Below are positions 24,523 to 34,382 of a DNA stretch of 43,785 bases, piece after piece. Below the pieces are notes generated by a model that ran no database searches, was not told where the DNA came from, and saw only the letters and a program-made list of their open reading frames with translations. Position numbers and translations under genes: made by a program. This DNA is from an uncultured Erysipelotrichales bacterium (GTDB lineage Bacteria > Bacillota_I > Bacilli_A > Erysipelotrichales > Coprobacillaceae): NCBI GenBank assembly GCA_910586805.1, contig CAJUJC010000001.1:1-43785 (forward strand), in the 5' to 3' direction. Every line of letters begins with the position of its first letter. Within the stretch, counting starts at the first letter, position 1.

Positions 24523-25255
24523 CTTCACCATCATCATAATTAGATACATTATGGAAGACTTGGTCAACATCATCACAATCATCTAATAAATTCATTAAAC
24601 GTTCAAATAATATCATATCTTCACCATCAAGCTCTACTGTATCTTGAGGTGTTGTTGTGATATCATCAACATCAAATTCTACATCTTCTTTAGCATCTTC
24701 AATAGCAGTTTTAATTTTGTTTAAGTCTGTAGGTTCACCTACAATTTTAATACGACCATCTTCTAATGTAGAAATATCCTTTGCATCAACTTCAGCCATA
24801 ATTAAAGCATCTAATACAGCTTCTTCATCCATACCACTAAAAATAACAGTACTTTCAACATCATATAAATAAGCAACTGAACCTTCAGCTCCTAATTTAG
24901 ATTTAGATTTTGTAAATGCTGGACGTACTTGAGAAATAGTACGATTAATATTATCTGTTAAACATTTAACGATTAATGTAGAATTACCAGGACCAAATCC
25001 TTCAAATTGAATTGGTGAATAATCTTCAGTAACACCACTTTTAACTTTATCAATGGCACGTTTAATAACATCAGCAGGGACTTGTTCTTTCTTTGCTTTT
25101 TCTACCAAACGTCTTAACGATAAGTTACCATCTAATTCAGGGCCACCAGCTTTAGCTGCTAAATAAATTTCTTTTCCATAACGAGAATATAATTTTGCTT
25201 TTTTTGCAGCTGTTTTTGCCATTGCGACTTTACGCACTTCATGTGCTCTACCCAT
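24515..25255 (-). CDS. yebC: YebC/PmpR (TACO1) family DNA-binding/translation-associated protein
   Basis: MGRAHEVRKVAMAKTAAKKAKLYSRYGKEIYLAAKAGGPE...NLSLRRLVEKAKKEQVP is a canonical YebC-family N-terminus. An AGGAGG RBS precedes ATG 25255, so the track start at 25333 is too long. Confidence 0.92.
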   Translation of the reverse strand: MGRAHEVRKVAMAKTAAKKAKLYSRYGKEIYLAAKAGGPELDGNLSLRRLVEKAKKEQVPADVIKRAIDKVKSGVTEDYSPIQFEGFGPGNSTLIVKCLTDNINRTISQVRPAFTKSKSKLGAEGSVAYLYDVESTVIFSGMDEEAVLDALIMAEVDAKDISTLEDGRIKIVGEPTDLNKIKTAIEDAKEDVEFDVDDITTTPQDTVELDGEDMILFERLMNLLDDCDDVDQVFHNVSNYDDGEEE

Positions 25256-25360
25256 TGCTAATTCCTCCTTTAAAATCACCTTAATATTATAGACATTTTT
25301 TAATGATTTTTCAATAAAAAATGGTATAATCATTATAAAATATAAAGATGGGTGGTTAAT

Positions 25361-26530
25361 ATGAAGAAGATAATGATTATTGGGGCAGGTGCATCAGGTG
25401 TCTATTTATCTATTTTATTAAAGCAAAAGTTAAATGATCAACTAGATGTTATTGTTCTTGAACAAAATGCTAGTCCTTTAAAAAAGTTGCTAGCAACAGG
25501 AAATGGAAGATGTAATCTTTCTAATACAAACATGTCAATTCAATATTATCAAAGCAATCATCAAGATTATGTTGATTCTATTATTTCTTCTTTTGATATG
25601 GAAAAGGCTATGGATCATTTAGGAATTCTTTGTATAAAACAAGATACACTTATATATCCAAGAACATTACAGGCTTCAACAATAAAAAATGTATTTATGG
25701 AACAAGCTGAAAAATTAGGAGTTGTCTTTTTATATAATCAGGAAGTTGTATCTATTGATGTTTCTAAAAATTATATTATAAAAACCAATCAACAAACATT
25801 TCATAGTGATTATGTTGTTTTTGCAATGGGAAGTGAAGCAGGTAAATTATCAGGAATATCTTTATCTCGTTATGATTTACTTACACAATTAAAATTACCA
25901 GTTATTAAATCTACACCATCACTTGTACAAATGTGTACAAAACCAGTTTTAAAAGAATTAAAAGGCGTAAGAGTGAAAGGAACTTTTTCATTATTAGAGA
26001 ATCAAAAAGTCATTCATGTAGAAAAAGGTGAATTATTATTTACTGATTATGGTATCAGTGGTATTGCTGTTATGCAACTTTCTTCTTTTGTGGAAAGTGG
26101 ACACGATTATCAAGTTATGATAGATCTTTTTGATGATATGGATGAAAAGAAATTATATGAATATGTTGAAAAACGTATGTCAAAAGACTATAATCATTTC
26201 TATGATGGAATGTTGAATACAAAACTTGCTTCATATTTTGAAAAACAAAAATTTAAAGATGTTTCACAAATCGTTCATCATTTAAAACATATGACTTTAC
26301 AAATCACACAGTTAAAGTCTTATGAAACAGCACAAGTGATGAAAGGTGGTCTTTCACTATTGGCAGTAAAAGATACACTAGAGTTAAAGAAATATCCATG
26401 TATATATGCAATAGGTGAAATCCTTAATGTTTCAGGTATGTGTGGAGGTTATAATCTTCATTTTGCTTTGTCAAGTGCATATCGTGTTGCTTGTGATATA
26501 GAAGGGAAATACTATGTTAAGAATCAATAA
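25361..26530 (+). CDS. HI0933/YhiN-like (BaiN-like) NAD(FAD)-utilizing flavoprotein
   Basis: IMIIGAGASGVY is a dinucleotide-binding fold. TGNGRCNLSN is the HI0933-family signature, and the C-terminus reads GEILNVSGMCGGYNLHFALSS. Confidence 0.85.
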   Translation: MKKIMIIGAGASGVYLSILLKQKLNDQLDVIVLEQNASPLKKLLATGNGRCNLSNTNMSIQYYQSNHQDYVDSIISSFDMEKAMDHLGILCIKQDTLIYPRTLQASTIKNVFMEQAEKLGVVFLYNQEVVSIDVSKNYIIKTNQQTFHSDYVVFAMGSEAGKLSGISLSRYDLLTQLKLPVIKSTPSLVQMCTKPVLKELKGVRVKGTFSLLENQKVIHVEKGELLFTDYGISGIAVMQLSSFVESGHDYQVMIDLFDDMDEKKLYEYVEKRMSKDYNHFYDGMLNTKLASYFEKQKFKDVSQIVHHLKHMTLQITQLKSYETAQVMKGGLSLLAVKDTLELKKYPCIYAIGEILNVSGMCGGYNLHFALSSAYRVACDIEGKYYVKNQ

Positions 26531-28079
26531 TATTAAAGTTCCAGTAGGAAAAACAAATTATAAACATATTTTATCTCAAACATTGAATATAAGAGAAAAG
26601 TATTTACATAAAGTAGAACTTGTGAAATTATCAGTAGATGCAAGAAGAGATAAAATTTTTTGGATATGTAGTTTAACTTTTGAAGTTGAAAATGAAGAGA
26701 GATTATTAAAACAATATCCTCAATTGGTTAAAGTGGAACCTTATGAGTATCACTATTTACCTAAAAATGATAGAGAAGTTATTGTTGTAGGAAGTGGTCC
26801 AGCAGGATTATTTTGTGCTTATGTATTGGCACAAGTTGGACAAAAGGTAACAGTTATTGAAAGAGGACAAGTGATTGAACAAAGAGTGAAGGATGTTGAT
26901 GATTTGATGAATAAGGGAATCCTCCATCCTGAAAGCAATATTGCTTTTGGAGAAGGTGGGGCAGGAACATTTTCAGATGGAAAACTCACAACAGGAATTA
27001 AAAATCATCGTTTGAGATATATTTTAGAAACATTTGTTGAATATGGTGCTCCTCAAGATATTTTATATTTATCTATGCCTCATATTGGAACTGATTATTT
27101 AAGAAAAGTCATTGTAAATATGAGAAAAGCTATGGAAGAAAAAGGTGTTCGTTTTTTATTTGGAACACAAATGTTATCTTTTGAAAAGCATGAAGATCAT
27201 TTTGATGTTCTTGTGCAAATAGATTATCAACAACAAAAACTTCATTGTCATGATCTTGTGTTAGCTATTGGACATAGTGCAAGAGATACATATGAAATGC
27301 TTTATGAAAAAGGTTTAGAAATCCAACAAAAAGGATTTGCAGTTGGTGTACGTATTGAACAATCACAAGCAATGATTAATCAAATTCAGTATAAAAAACA
27401 TGCGTCATCTCCATTTTTAAAAGCAGCTCCTTACAAATTAGCTGTTCAAACCAAAGAAAAAAGAGGAGTTTATACATTTTGTATGTGCCCAGGGGGAGTT
27501 GTTGTTCCTTCACATCATGAAGATGGAACATTATGTGTTAACGGAATGAGTTATTATAAGCGTGATGGTGACAATGCAAACAGTGCTATTCTTGTTAATG
27601 TATTACCAAGTGATTTTTCAAGTGATCATCCTTTGGCAGGTATTGAATTTCAAAGAATATTAGAAAAAAAAGCTTATGAGCTTGGAGAATCTTCAATGAA
27701 AGCACCTGTTCAATTGGTTAATGATTATATAAATAATCAACAATCCTATCAATTAGGTCAAATCAAGCCAACTTATATGCCAGGCTATGTTCTTGCGAAT
27801 ATCAATGAACTCTTTCCTGAATTTTTAAATAGAAATTTAAAAGAAGGGCTATTACTAATGAATCAAAAAATGAAAGGCTTTATTGATGAAGATACAATTA
27901 TCACAGGAGTAGAAGCAAGAAGCAGTGCTCCAGTAAGATTGTTAAGAAATGAAAAATATCAATCAAATATCAAACATCTTTATCCAATTGGTGAAGGTGC
28001 AGGATATGCAGGTGGTATTATGTCAGCAGCTGTTGATGGTATCATGTGTGCTGAGATGATCTTAAAGGAGGGTGACTAA
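26514..28079 (+). CDS. FAD-dependent oxidoreductase (COG2509-type)
   Basis: VIVVGSGPAGLFCAY...VIERG is a Rossmann GxGxxG motif. The C-terminus reads YPIGEGAGYAGGIMSAAVDG. It overlaps the upstream flavoprotein gene by 17 nt. Confidence 0.85.
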   Translation: MLRINNIKVPVGKTNYKHILSQTLNIREKYLHKVELVKLSVDARRDKIFWICSLTFEVENEERLLKQYPQLVKVEPYEYHYLPKNDREVIVVGSGPAGLFCAYVLAQVGQKVTVIERGQVIEQRVKDVDDLMNKGILHPESNIAFGEGGAGTFSDGKLTTGIKNHRLRYILETFVEYGAPQDILYLSMPHIGTDYLRKVIVNMRKAMEEKGVRFLFGTQMLSFEKHEDHFDVLVQIDYQQQKLHCHDLVLAIGHSARDTYEMLYEKGLEIQQKGFAVGVRIEQSQAMINQIQYKKHASSPFLKAAPYKLAVQTKEKRGVYTFCMCPGGVVVPSHHEDGTLCVNGMSYYKRDGDNANSAILVNVLPSDFSSDHPLAGIEFQRILEKKAYELGESSMKAPVQLVNDYINNQQSYQLGQIKPTYMPGYVLANINELFPEFLNRNLKEGLLLMNQKMKGFIDEDTIITGVEARSSAPVRLLRNEKYQSNIKHLYPIGEGAGYAGGIMSAAVDGIMCAEMILKEGD

Positions 28080-29476
28080 TGGAAGCTGTCGAATATCATA
28101 AAAACAGACAAAGAAAACGTTTTTCACCAACAAGAAGAATCGCATTTAGTTTCTTTGCAGTTATTTTGATAGGTTCATTTTTATTAAATTTACCAATGAG
28201 TCAAAATAGAAGTGTTTCTTTTATAGATCATCTTTTTGTTGCAACATCAGCAACATGTGTAACTGGATTGGTTCCATTAACTGTTGTTGATGAATATACA
28301 CTTATAGGACAAATCATTATCATTATATTAATACAAATTGGTGGTCTTGGTTTTTTAACTTTATTGAATATGATTGTTGTAGCGTTTAAAAGAAAACTAT
28401 CATATACAAATAAGATTATCATGCAAGAAGCATTAAATCAAAATTCTATGAAAGATATTGCCAGATATATTAAACGAGTTATTCAATATACTTTTTTCTT
28501 TGAATTTGTGGGAGCAATTGGTTTATCATTTGTATTTGTTCCTGAATTTGGTTTGATAAAAGGTTTGTATTATTCATTATTTCATTCTATTTCCGCTTTT
28601 TGTAATGCGGGTTTTGATATTTTAGGAAGCCAATCTTTAATGCATTATCAAACAGATGTATGGTTGAATATGGTTATTGCAGGATTAATTATAGCTGGTG
28701 GTTTAGGGTTTGTTGTTTGGGTAGATTTACGTTATTCATGGAAAAAATATAAGGAAAAGTTTAAGGTCTTTCAATTCAAACGTTTTGTTTTTATTCTTTC
28801 CATACATACAAAAATTGTTTTGTATGCAACAGGTGGCTTGTTGTTACTTGGAACACTGCTCTTTTTACTTTTAGAGTACAACAACAATGAAACAATAGGA
28901 AACTTGCCATTGTTTGATAAAATACTTGTTAGCTTTTTTCAATCTACAACATTAAGAACAGCAGGTTTTGCAACAGTGAATATGGCTTATTTATATGACC
29001 CTACAAAAATGATGATGTCATTGATCATGTTTATAGGTGGTTCTCCAGCAGGAACGGCAGGAGGAATTAAAACTGTTACATTTGTTATTATTCTTTTATA
29101 TATTCGTTCTTTAGTGAAAGGGAGCGATAATGTAAAAGTGTTACATCGTACAATTAGTGATCAGGTTGTTAAAAGAGCATTAACGATTTCTATTGTTAGT
29201 TTCTTTATGGCTATTGTAGGATTATTTATGTTATCAGTATTTGAGCCACATTCATTTATTGATTTGTTATTTGAAGTCTTTTCAGCTTTTGCAACTGTAG
29301 GTTTAACAGCAGGTGTTACACCACTCTTGTCAACAGCAGGAAAAATTGTTATTATCATTTTGATGTATATTGGACGTATTGGTCCAATTACAATGGTACT
29401 TATTTTTGCAAAGAGATATAGTCAAATGAAAGGAAAGGATGTCGTTTATCCAACAAGCGATGTTTTAATAGGGTAA
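28079..29476 (+). CDS. ktrB: TrkH/KtrB-family K+ transporter membrane subunit
   Basis: 465 aa with four selectivity-filter-like repeats (TCVTGL, CNAGFD, RTAGF, ATVGLT) and an intact C-terminus MYIGRIGPITMVLIF. Confidence 0.85.
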   Translation: MEAVEYHKNRQRKRFSPTRRIAFSFFAVILIGSFLLNLPMSQNRSVSFIDHLFVATSATCVTGLVPLTVVDEYTLIGQIIIIILIQIGGLGFLTLLNMIVVAFKRKLSYTNKIIMQEALNQNSMKDIARYIKRVIQYTFFFEFVGAIGLSFVFVPEFGLIKGLYYSLFHSISAFCNAGFDILGSQSLMHYQTDVWLNMVIAGLIIAGGLGFVVWVDLRYSWKKYKEKFKVFQFKRFVFILSIHTKIVLYATGGLLLLGTLLFLLLEYNNNETIGNLPLFDKILVSFFQSTTLRTAGFATVNMAYLYDPTKMMMSLIMFIGGSPAGTAGGIKTVTFVIILLYIRSLVKGSDNVKVLHRTISDQVVKRALTISIVSFFMAIVGLFMLSVFEPHSFIDLLFEVFSAFATVGLTAGVTPLLSTAGKIVIIILMYIGRIGPITMVLIFAKRYSQMKGKDVVYPTSDVLIG

Positions 29477-29481
29477 TATTT

Positions 29482-30150
29482 ATGAGAAATAAGCAATATG
29501 TTGTTTTAGGTTTAGGGGTTTTTGGGTCTACAATTACAAAGACACTATCAGAATTTGGTTGTGAAGTTTTGGCTATTGATAAAAATCCTGATTGTGTTCA
29601 AAGAGTTTCTGATTTGGCAACCAAAGCAGTTATTGGAGATTTTACAGATATAGAAGTCTTAAGTGCGCTTGGTATTGAAGAGTTTGATGTTGGTATTGTT
29701 GCAACAGGGACACATTTAGAAGAAAGTTTATTAGGAGTCTTAAATTTAAAAGAATTAGGTATTCCTTATATTGTAGCCAAAGCAAAAAACAAGCGTTATA
29801 AAAAAGTATTAGAAAAAGTAGGGGCGGATCGTGTTGTACGTCCTGAAAAAGAAATGGGAGAACGTGTTGCACGTTCAATGCTTAGAAAGAATATTACAGA
29901 TTTGGTTGAAATTGATGAGAGTTATAGCATTGTAGAAATGAAAGTTCCTCAAGCATGGGTAGGAAATACATTAAATAATTTGGATCTAAGAAAGCGATAT
30001 GGAATTAATATTTTAGGGAAGAGGAATGGTGATACTCATAATTTAGAGTTGTCTATTGATCCTCATTATGAAATTCAAATGGATGATCATTTTTTAATGA
30101 TTGCTGAAACTGAAAAAATTGAAAAATTTGATTATTTAGTTGAAAGATAA
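29482..30150 (+). CDS. ktrA: KtrA/TrkA-type RCK (TrkA-N + TrkA-C) K+ uptake regulatory subunit
   Basis: 222 aa. VVLGLGVFGSTITKTL is the GxGxxG motif of TrkA-N, followed by a C-terminal TrkA-C domain. Confidence 0.85.
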   Translation: MRNKQYVVLGLGVFGSTITKTLSEFGCEVLAIDKNPDCVQRVSDLATKAVIGDFTDIEVLSALGIEEFDVGIVATGTHLEESLLGVLNLKELGIPYIVAKAKNKRYKKVLEKVGADRVVRPEKEMGERVARSMLRKNITDLVEIDESYSIVEMKVPQAWVGNTLNNLDLRKRYGINILGKRNGDTHNLELSIDPHYEIQMDDHFLMIAETEKIEKFDYLVER

Positions 30151-30176
30151 GAAGTTTCTTATCTTTTTTCTTTTTT
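30146..30176 (+). terminator. Terminator after ktrA
   Basis: A gataag/cttatc hairpin followed by TTTTTTCTTTTTT. Confidence 0.6.
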
Positions 30177-30203
30177 GAATTGTCTTTTTGTGTCATATAT
30201 TAT
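30175..30203 (+). promoter_or_regulatory. Candidate promoter of trkA-trkH
   Basis: TTGAAT, 17 nt, TATTAT. It lies inside the 5' extension of the track ORF, which argues for the downstream TTG start. Confidence 0.45.
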
Positions 30204-30231
30204 GGAATGGTGGAAGTGGGAGGAGATTAAG

Positions 30232-31605
30232 TTGTATATTGTCATTATTGGTGCTGGGAAAGTCGGTCAATTATTAACACATTACTTATCTAATGAGGGA
30301 CATGATGTTGTTGTGATTGATAAGAATAATATAAAAATAGGAGATATTGTTAATCAGCATGATGTTTTAGGAATATGTGGAAATGGCGCTAATTATGATA
30401 TTTTGTTAGAAGCGAGTGTTTCTAAGGCAGATACTGTGATTGCTGTAACAACATTAGATGAATTAAATATATTAGCAGGTATGATTAGTAAAAGGATGGG
30501 TGCAAAATATACAATTGCACGTGTAAGAAATCCTGATTATTCAAGACAAAAAGAATTCTTGAGAGATCAATTAGGTTTCTCTATGATTATCAATCCTGAA
30601 TTAGAGGCAGCAGATGAAATTAGGCGTTCCATTTTATTTCCATCAGCTATGAAGATTGATACTTTTGCAAAGGGAAAAATTGAATTGGTTGAAATGAGAG
30701 TAAATAAACAAACCAAATTGAATCAAATTTCTTTAAGTCAATTATCAACAGTCACAAAAACAAATGTTTTGATTTGTGCTGTTAAAAGAGATGAAGATGT
30801 TGTGATTCCTAATGGGAATTTTGTTGTGAATGAAAATGATCATATTTATGTAACTGGTTCTCATAAGGATTTAATGCGCTTTGGTTTAGATATTGGTTTG
30901 GTTCATAAAAATATTAAAGATGTTATAATCGTTGGAGGAAGTACAATTGCTTTCTATTTAGCTAAGCAACTGGCTGTTCAGGGTATTAAAACAAAAATTA
31001 TTGAAAAGAATCGTGATAGGTGTATAGAACTGTCTAAAAAATTACCTTATTCTATTATTATAGAGTCTGATGGTAGTGATGAAAATATTCTTTTAGAAGA
31101 AGGTATTAAACGTAGTGATGCTTTTGTTGGGTTAACAGGATTAGATGAAGAAAATATAGTATTGACTATTATTGCCAAACAATTAGGTGTGAATAAGTCT
31201 ATTGCCAAAGTCAATCGTATTTCATTAAATCATATTACAGATATGATGGGAATTGATAGTGTTGTTGATCCTAAGTCAATTGTTGCATCTCAGATTGTTG
31301 GTTATTTACGTGCAAAAGATGCACCTGATGAAACAACAAGTGTACAAACTTTATATAAAATTGTTAATGATCAAGTCGAAGCATTAGAATTTATCGTTAA
31401 TGAAAAAACAAAGTATTTAAAACAACCATTGATGGATATTCATATAAAAAATCATATACTTATTGCAGGGATTTTAAGAGGAGATACGATGATTGTTCCT
31501 AAAGGTCAAGATTGTTTTGAAGTAGGAGATCGTATTATTATTGTCACAACTCATGGACGTTTGTATCAATTAAACGATATTTTTGAGGATTCTTTCTATG
31601 AATAA
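30232..31605 (+). CDS. trkA: Trk system K+ uptake protein TrkA (double RCK)
   Basis: There are two TrkA-N/TrkA-C units (IVIIGAGKVGQ and VIIVGGSTIAFYLA). A GGAGGAG RBS lies 6 nt before TTG 30232. The track start at 30175 would add a non-homologous MNCLFVSYIMEWWKWEEIK extension. Confidence 0.85.
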   Translation: MYIVIIGAGKVGQLLTHYLSNEGHDVVVIDKNNIKIGDIVNQHDVLGICGNGANYDILLEASVSKADTVIAVTTLDELNILAGMISKRMGAKYTIARVRNPDYSRQKEFLRDQLGFSMIINPELEAADEIRRSILFPSAMKIDTFAKGKIELVEMRVNKQTKLNQISLSQLSTVTKTNVLICAVKRDEDVVIPNGNFVVNENDHIYVTGSHKDLMRFGLDIGLVHKNIKDVIIVGGSTIAFYLAKQLAVQGIKTKIIEKNRDRCIELSKKLPYSIIIESDGSDENILLEEGIKRSDAFVGLTGLDEENIVLTIIAKQLGVNKSIAKVNRISLNHITDMMGIDSVVDPKSIVASQIVGYLRAKDAPDETTSVQTLYKIVNDQVEALEFIVNEKTKYLKQPLMDIHIKNHILIAGILRGDTMIVPKGQDCFEVGDRIIIVTTHGRLYQLNDIFEDSFYE

Positions 31606-32989
31606 GAAGATGATTCTTTATACTCTAGGAAAGATGTTAAAGATGGAAGGATATTTGTTATTGTTACCATTTTTAACGGGAGTGATTTATCAAGAAAGTG
31701 TTTCTATTTATTTTCTCATTGTTGCAATAAGTGTTTGGTTACTTGGGACATTTATTAGTTATCATAAGCCTAAAATTCATACGATTTATGCAAGAGAAGG
31801 TTTTTTAATTGTTGCATTAAGTTGGTTTTGTTTATCACTGTTTGGTGCTTTTCCTTTATGGACTTCACAAGAAATCCCATCTTATATTGATGCCTTTTTT
31901 GAGATTGTTTCAGGTTTTACAACAACAGGATCATCAATTTTGAATGATATTGAAGCTTTATCACATGCTTCTTTGTTTTGGAGAAGTTTTTCTCATTGGA
32001 TTGGTGGTATGGGAATTTTGGTGTTCGTTGTGGCTTTTTTACCTGATGCCAGTGGAACAACTTTACATATTTTAAAAGCGGAAATGCCAGGACCAGTCGT
32101 TGGTAAACTTGTCTCAAAAGTGAAAATGACTTCACAGTTGTTATATAAGATTTATACTGCATTAACGTTATTAGAAGTTATATTTTTGATGGCAGGTGGT
32201 ATGTCATTCTTTGATAGTTTGCTTAATTCATTTGCGACAGCAGGAACAGGTGGTTTTGCTATAAAAAATTCTTCTATTGCATTTTATAACAATGCTTACT
32301 TTGATATGGTTATGACTGTTTTTATGATTTTGTTTGGTATTAATTTTAACTTAATTTATTTCATACTTATTAAAAAAATATCAACAGTTTTTAAAAGTGA
32401 AGAGTTAAGATGGTATTTAGGTATTATCGTTTGTGCAACAATGCTTATTACATTAAATATTATGCATATGTATCCTAGTTTACTAGAAGCTTTTCGATAT
32501 GCTGTATTCCAGGTCGCTTCTGTTATCACAACAACAGGTTTTATAACTGCTGACTTTGCTTTATGGCCTTTCTTTTCACAAATCATTTTATTTTTATTGA
32601 TGTTTGTAGGGGCTATGGCTGGTTCAACTGGTGGAGGTATCAAAGTATCTCGTATTGTTATTTATATAAAAAATGCATTTTCTGAAATGAAACGTATGGT
32701 TCATCCACACAGTGTTGTTTCAATAAAATTTGAAGATCAACACGTTGAACCATCTGTGATTAATAATATTCATACATACCTTGTTTCATATTTTATGGTC
32801 TTTTGTAGTTCTTTACTTATTTTAGCACTACAAAACATAGATTTTACATCTGCTATTACTGCTGTAACAACTTATATTAATAATGTTGGTCCTGGTCTTG
32901 GGATTGTTGGTCCAACAGGAAATTTTTCCAATATTAATGTTGTTTTCACCAAGTTTATGGAGAAAATAAAACAGTTTTTTATGAATTGA
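31598..32989 (+). CDS. trkH: TrkH K+ transporter membrane subunit. The 3' end appears deleted and frameshifted, so the last TM helix is missing.
   Basis: It is TrkH-like throughout up to NNVGPGLGIVGPTGNF. The frame then ends in a non-hydrophobic tail, SNINVVFTKFMEKIKQFFMN. The +1 frame at the same spot encodes the canonical C-terminus IFPILMLFSPSLWRK*. Confidence 0.75.
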   Translation: MNKKMILYTLGKMLKMEGYLLLLPFLTGVIYQESVSIYFLIVAISVWLLGTFISYHKPKIHTIYAREGFLIVALSWFCLSLFGAFPLWTSQEIPSYIDAFFEIVSGFTTTGSSILNDIEALSHASLFWRSFSHWIGGMGILVFVVAFLPDASGTTLHILKAEMPGPVVGKLVSKVKMTSQLLYKIYTALTLLEVIFLMAGGMSFFDSLLNSFATAGTGGFAIKNSSIAFYNNAYFDMVMTVFMILFGINFNLIYFILIKKISTVFKSEELRWYLGIIVCATMLITLNIMHMYPSLLEAFRYAVFQVASVITTTGFITADFALWPFFSQIILFLLMFVGAMAGSTGGGIKVSRIVIYIKNAFSEMKRMVHPHSVVSIKFEDQHVEPSVINNIHTYLVSYFMVFCSSLLILALQNIDFTSAITAVTTYINNVGPGLGIVGPTGNFSNINVVFTKFMEKIKQFFMN

Positions 32990-32998
32990 TTGTTTAAA

Positions 32999-33030
32999 AA
33001 GGATATCTTTAGATTTTGATATTCTTTTTT
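32999..33030 (+). terminator. Candidate terminator after trkH
   Basis: An aaggatatc/gatattctt stem (one G-U pair) with a 10-nt loop and TTTT. Confidence 0.5.
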
Positions 33031-33103
33031 GTTTGGAGTGATAATATTGCAGTAGTAAAACTTATTTTATCAAAGTGAAGATAAAAATATTCATTTTCTA
33101 TTT

Positions 33104-33595
33104 TTATGCAACATTGATTTCTTCATTTGTTTTAGCATCATAGTAGTGAATATCTCTTGTTTGTGTATCTATAAGAACATATGTATTTTTTCTAGGATAA
33201 CTTCTTCCTAAAGTTAGACTCCCTGGATTTATGATGATAACTTCTTCATCTTGGTAAAAATAAGGAATATGAGTATGTCCAAAACAAATGATGTCAGCAG
33301 GATATTCTTTAAGAAGCATCTTTAAAGATGGTGGATCATATGCAAAAGAATGAGTATGACCATGTGTAATGGTAAATGTCAAATCATCAATTGTGAAATG
33401 TGCAATAGAGGGAATATCTCCAAAATCATTATTTCCTCTACATAAATAAAGACGTGAAATATCTCCACTTTTATAACCTAAATAGATATCTCCACAATGA
33501 ATAATAGTTTCAATATTTTGAAACTTTGAAATAAATTTTTGTAATTCGTTTTTTCTTAAAAAATGTGTATCGCTTATTAGCAAAATTTGACTCAT
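33104..33595 (-). CDS. YfcE/MJ0936-family metallophosphoesterase
   Basis: The calcineurin-like phosphoesterase motifs are ISDTHF, CGDI, GNND, GHTH and FGHTH. An AGGAGG lies 6 nt before ATG 33595. Confidence 0.85.
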   Translation of the reverse strand: MSQILLISDTHFLRKNELQKFISKFQNIETIIHCGDIYLGYKSGDISRLYLCRGNNDFGDIPSIAHFTIDDLTFTITHGHTHSFAYDPPSLKMLLKEYPADIICFGHTHIPYFYQDEEVIIINPGSLTLGRSYPRKNTYVLIDTQTRDIHYYDAKTNEEINVA

Positions 33596-33677
33596 AAACA
33601 TCCTCCTATCTTTGTTTTTCCTTGAAAATATGCTATTATAATTATATTAACAAATTAAACAAAGGATGATAAGTATA

Positions 33678-34382
33678 ATGTGTGCATTAATTCAATTTAA
33701 AAACATAATTAAGAGTTATACAATGGGTGATATTACGATCAATGCAAGTGATGGTGTTGATTTTGAAGTCTGCAAAGGAGAGTTTGTGGTGATTGTTGGT
33801 GCTTCAGGAGCTGGTAAGACAACAATATTAAACTTATTAGGAGGTATGGATACACCAACAAGTGGTTCTATTCTTGTAGATGGAGAAAATATTGCTTTAT
33901 TTGATGAGAAAAGATTAACTGAATATCGTAGGGATGATATTGGTTTTGTCTTTCAATTTTATAATTTGGTTCAAAATCTAACAGCTTTAGAAAATGTGGA
34001 ACTTGCAACTCAAATATCAAAAAATCCATTAGATCCTAGTCATATTTTAGAACGTGTAGGATTGGCAGAACGTATGTCCAATTTCCCAGCTCAATTATCT
34101 GGTGGGGAACAACAACGTGTAGCTATTGCAAGAGCAATTGCCAAAAATCCTAAACTCTTATTATGTGATGAACCAACTGGCGCGCTAGATTATCAAACAG
34201 GCAAATCTATATTAGGATTATTAAGAGAAATGTGTGACACTTACAAAATGACAGTTGTTGTCATTACTCATAACTCAGCTTTAGCACCTATGGCTGATCG
34301 TGTTATCCATTTAAAAAATGGAAAAGTTCAATCTATGGAATTGAATGACAATCCAATGCCAATCGAGGATATAGAATGGTAA
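33678..34382 (+). CDS. ABC transporter ATP-binding protein (MacB/LolD/FtsE-like)
   Basis: Walker [10 protein letters not shown], signature [14 protein letters not shown] and Walker [13 protein letters not shown] are present. The start is uncertain (33666 or 33678). Confidence 0.88.
   Translation: MCALIQFKNIIKSYTMGDITINASDGVDFEVCKGEFVVIVGASGAGKTTILNLLGGMDTPTSGSILVDGENIALFDEKRLTEYRRDDIGFVFQFYNLVQNLTALENVELATQISKNPLDPSHILERVGLAERMSNFPAQLSGGEQQRVAIARAIAKNPKLLLCDEPTGALDYQTGKSILGLLREMCDTYKMTVVVITHNSALAPMADRVIHLKNGKVQSMELNDNPMPIEDIEW

Noticed and set aside
30175-30231. N-terminal extensions proposed by the ORF track. Examples: trkA from 30175, yebC from 25333, peptidase from 20934, pyrF from 1240, SBP from 37603, livH from 38825.
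   Set aside because: In each case a downstream start has a much better SD at the correct spacing. The shorter N-terminus matches the conserved family N-terminus, and the extension is non-homologous.
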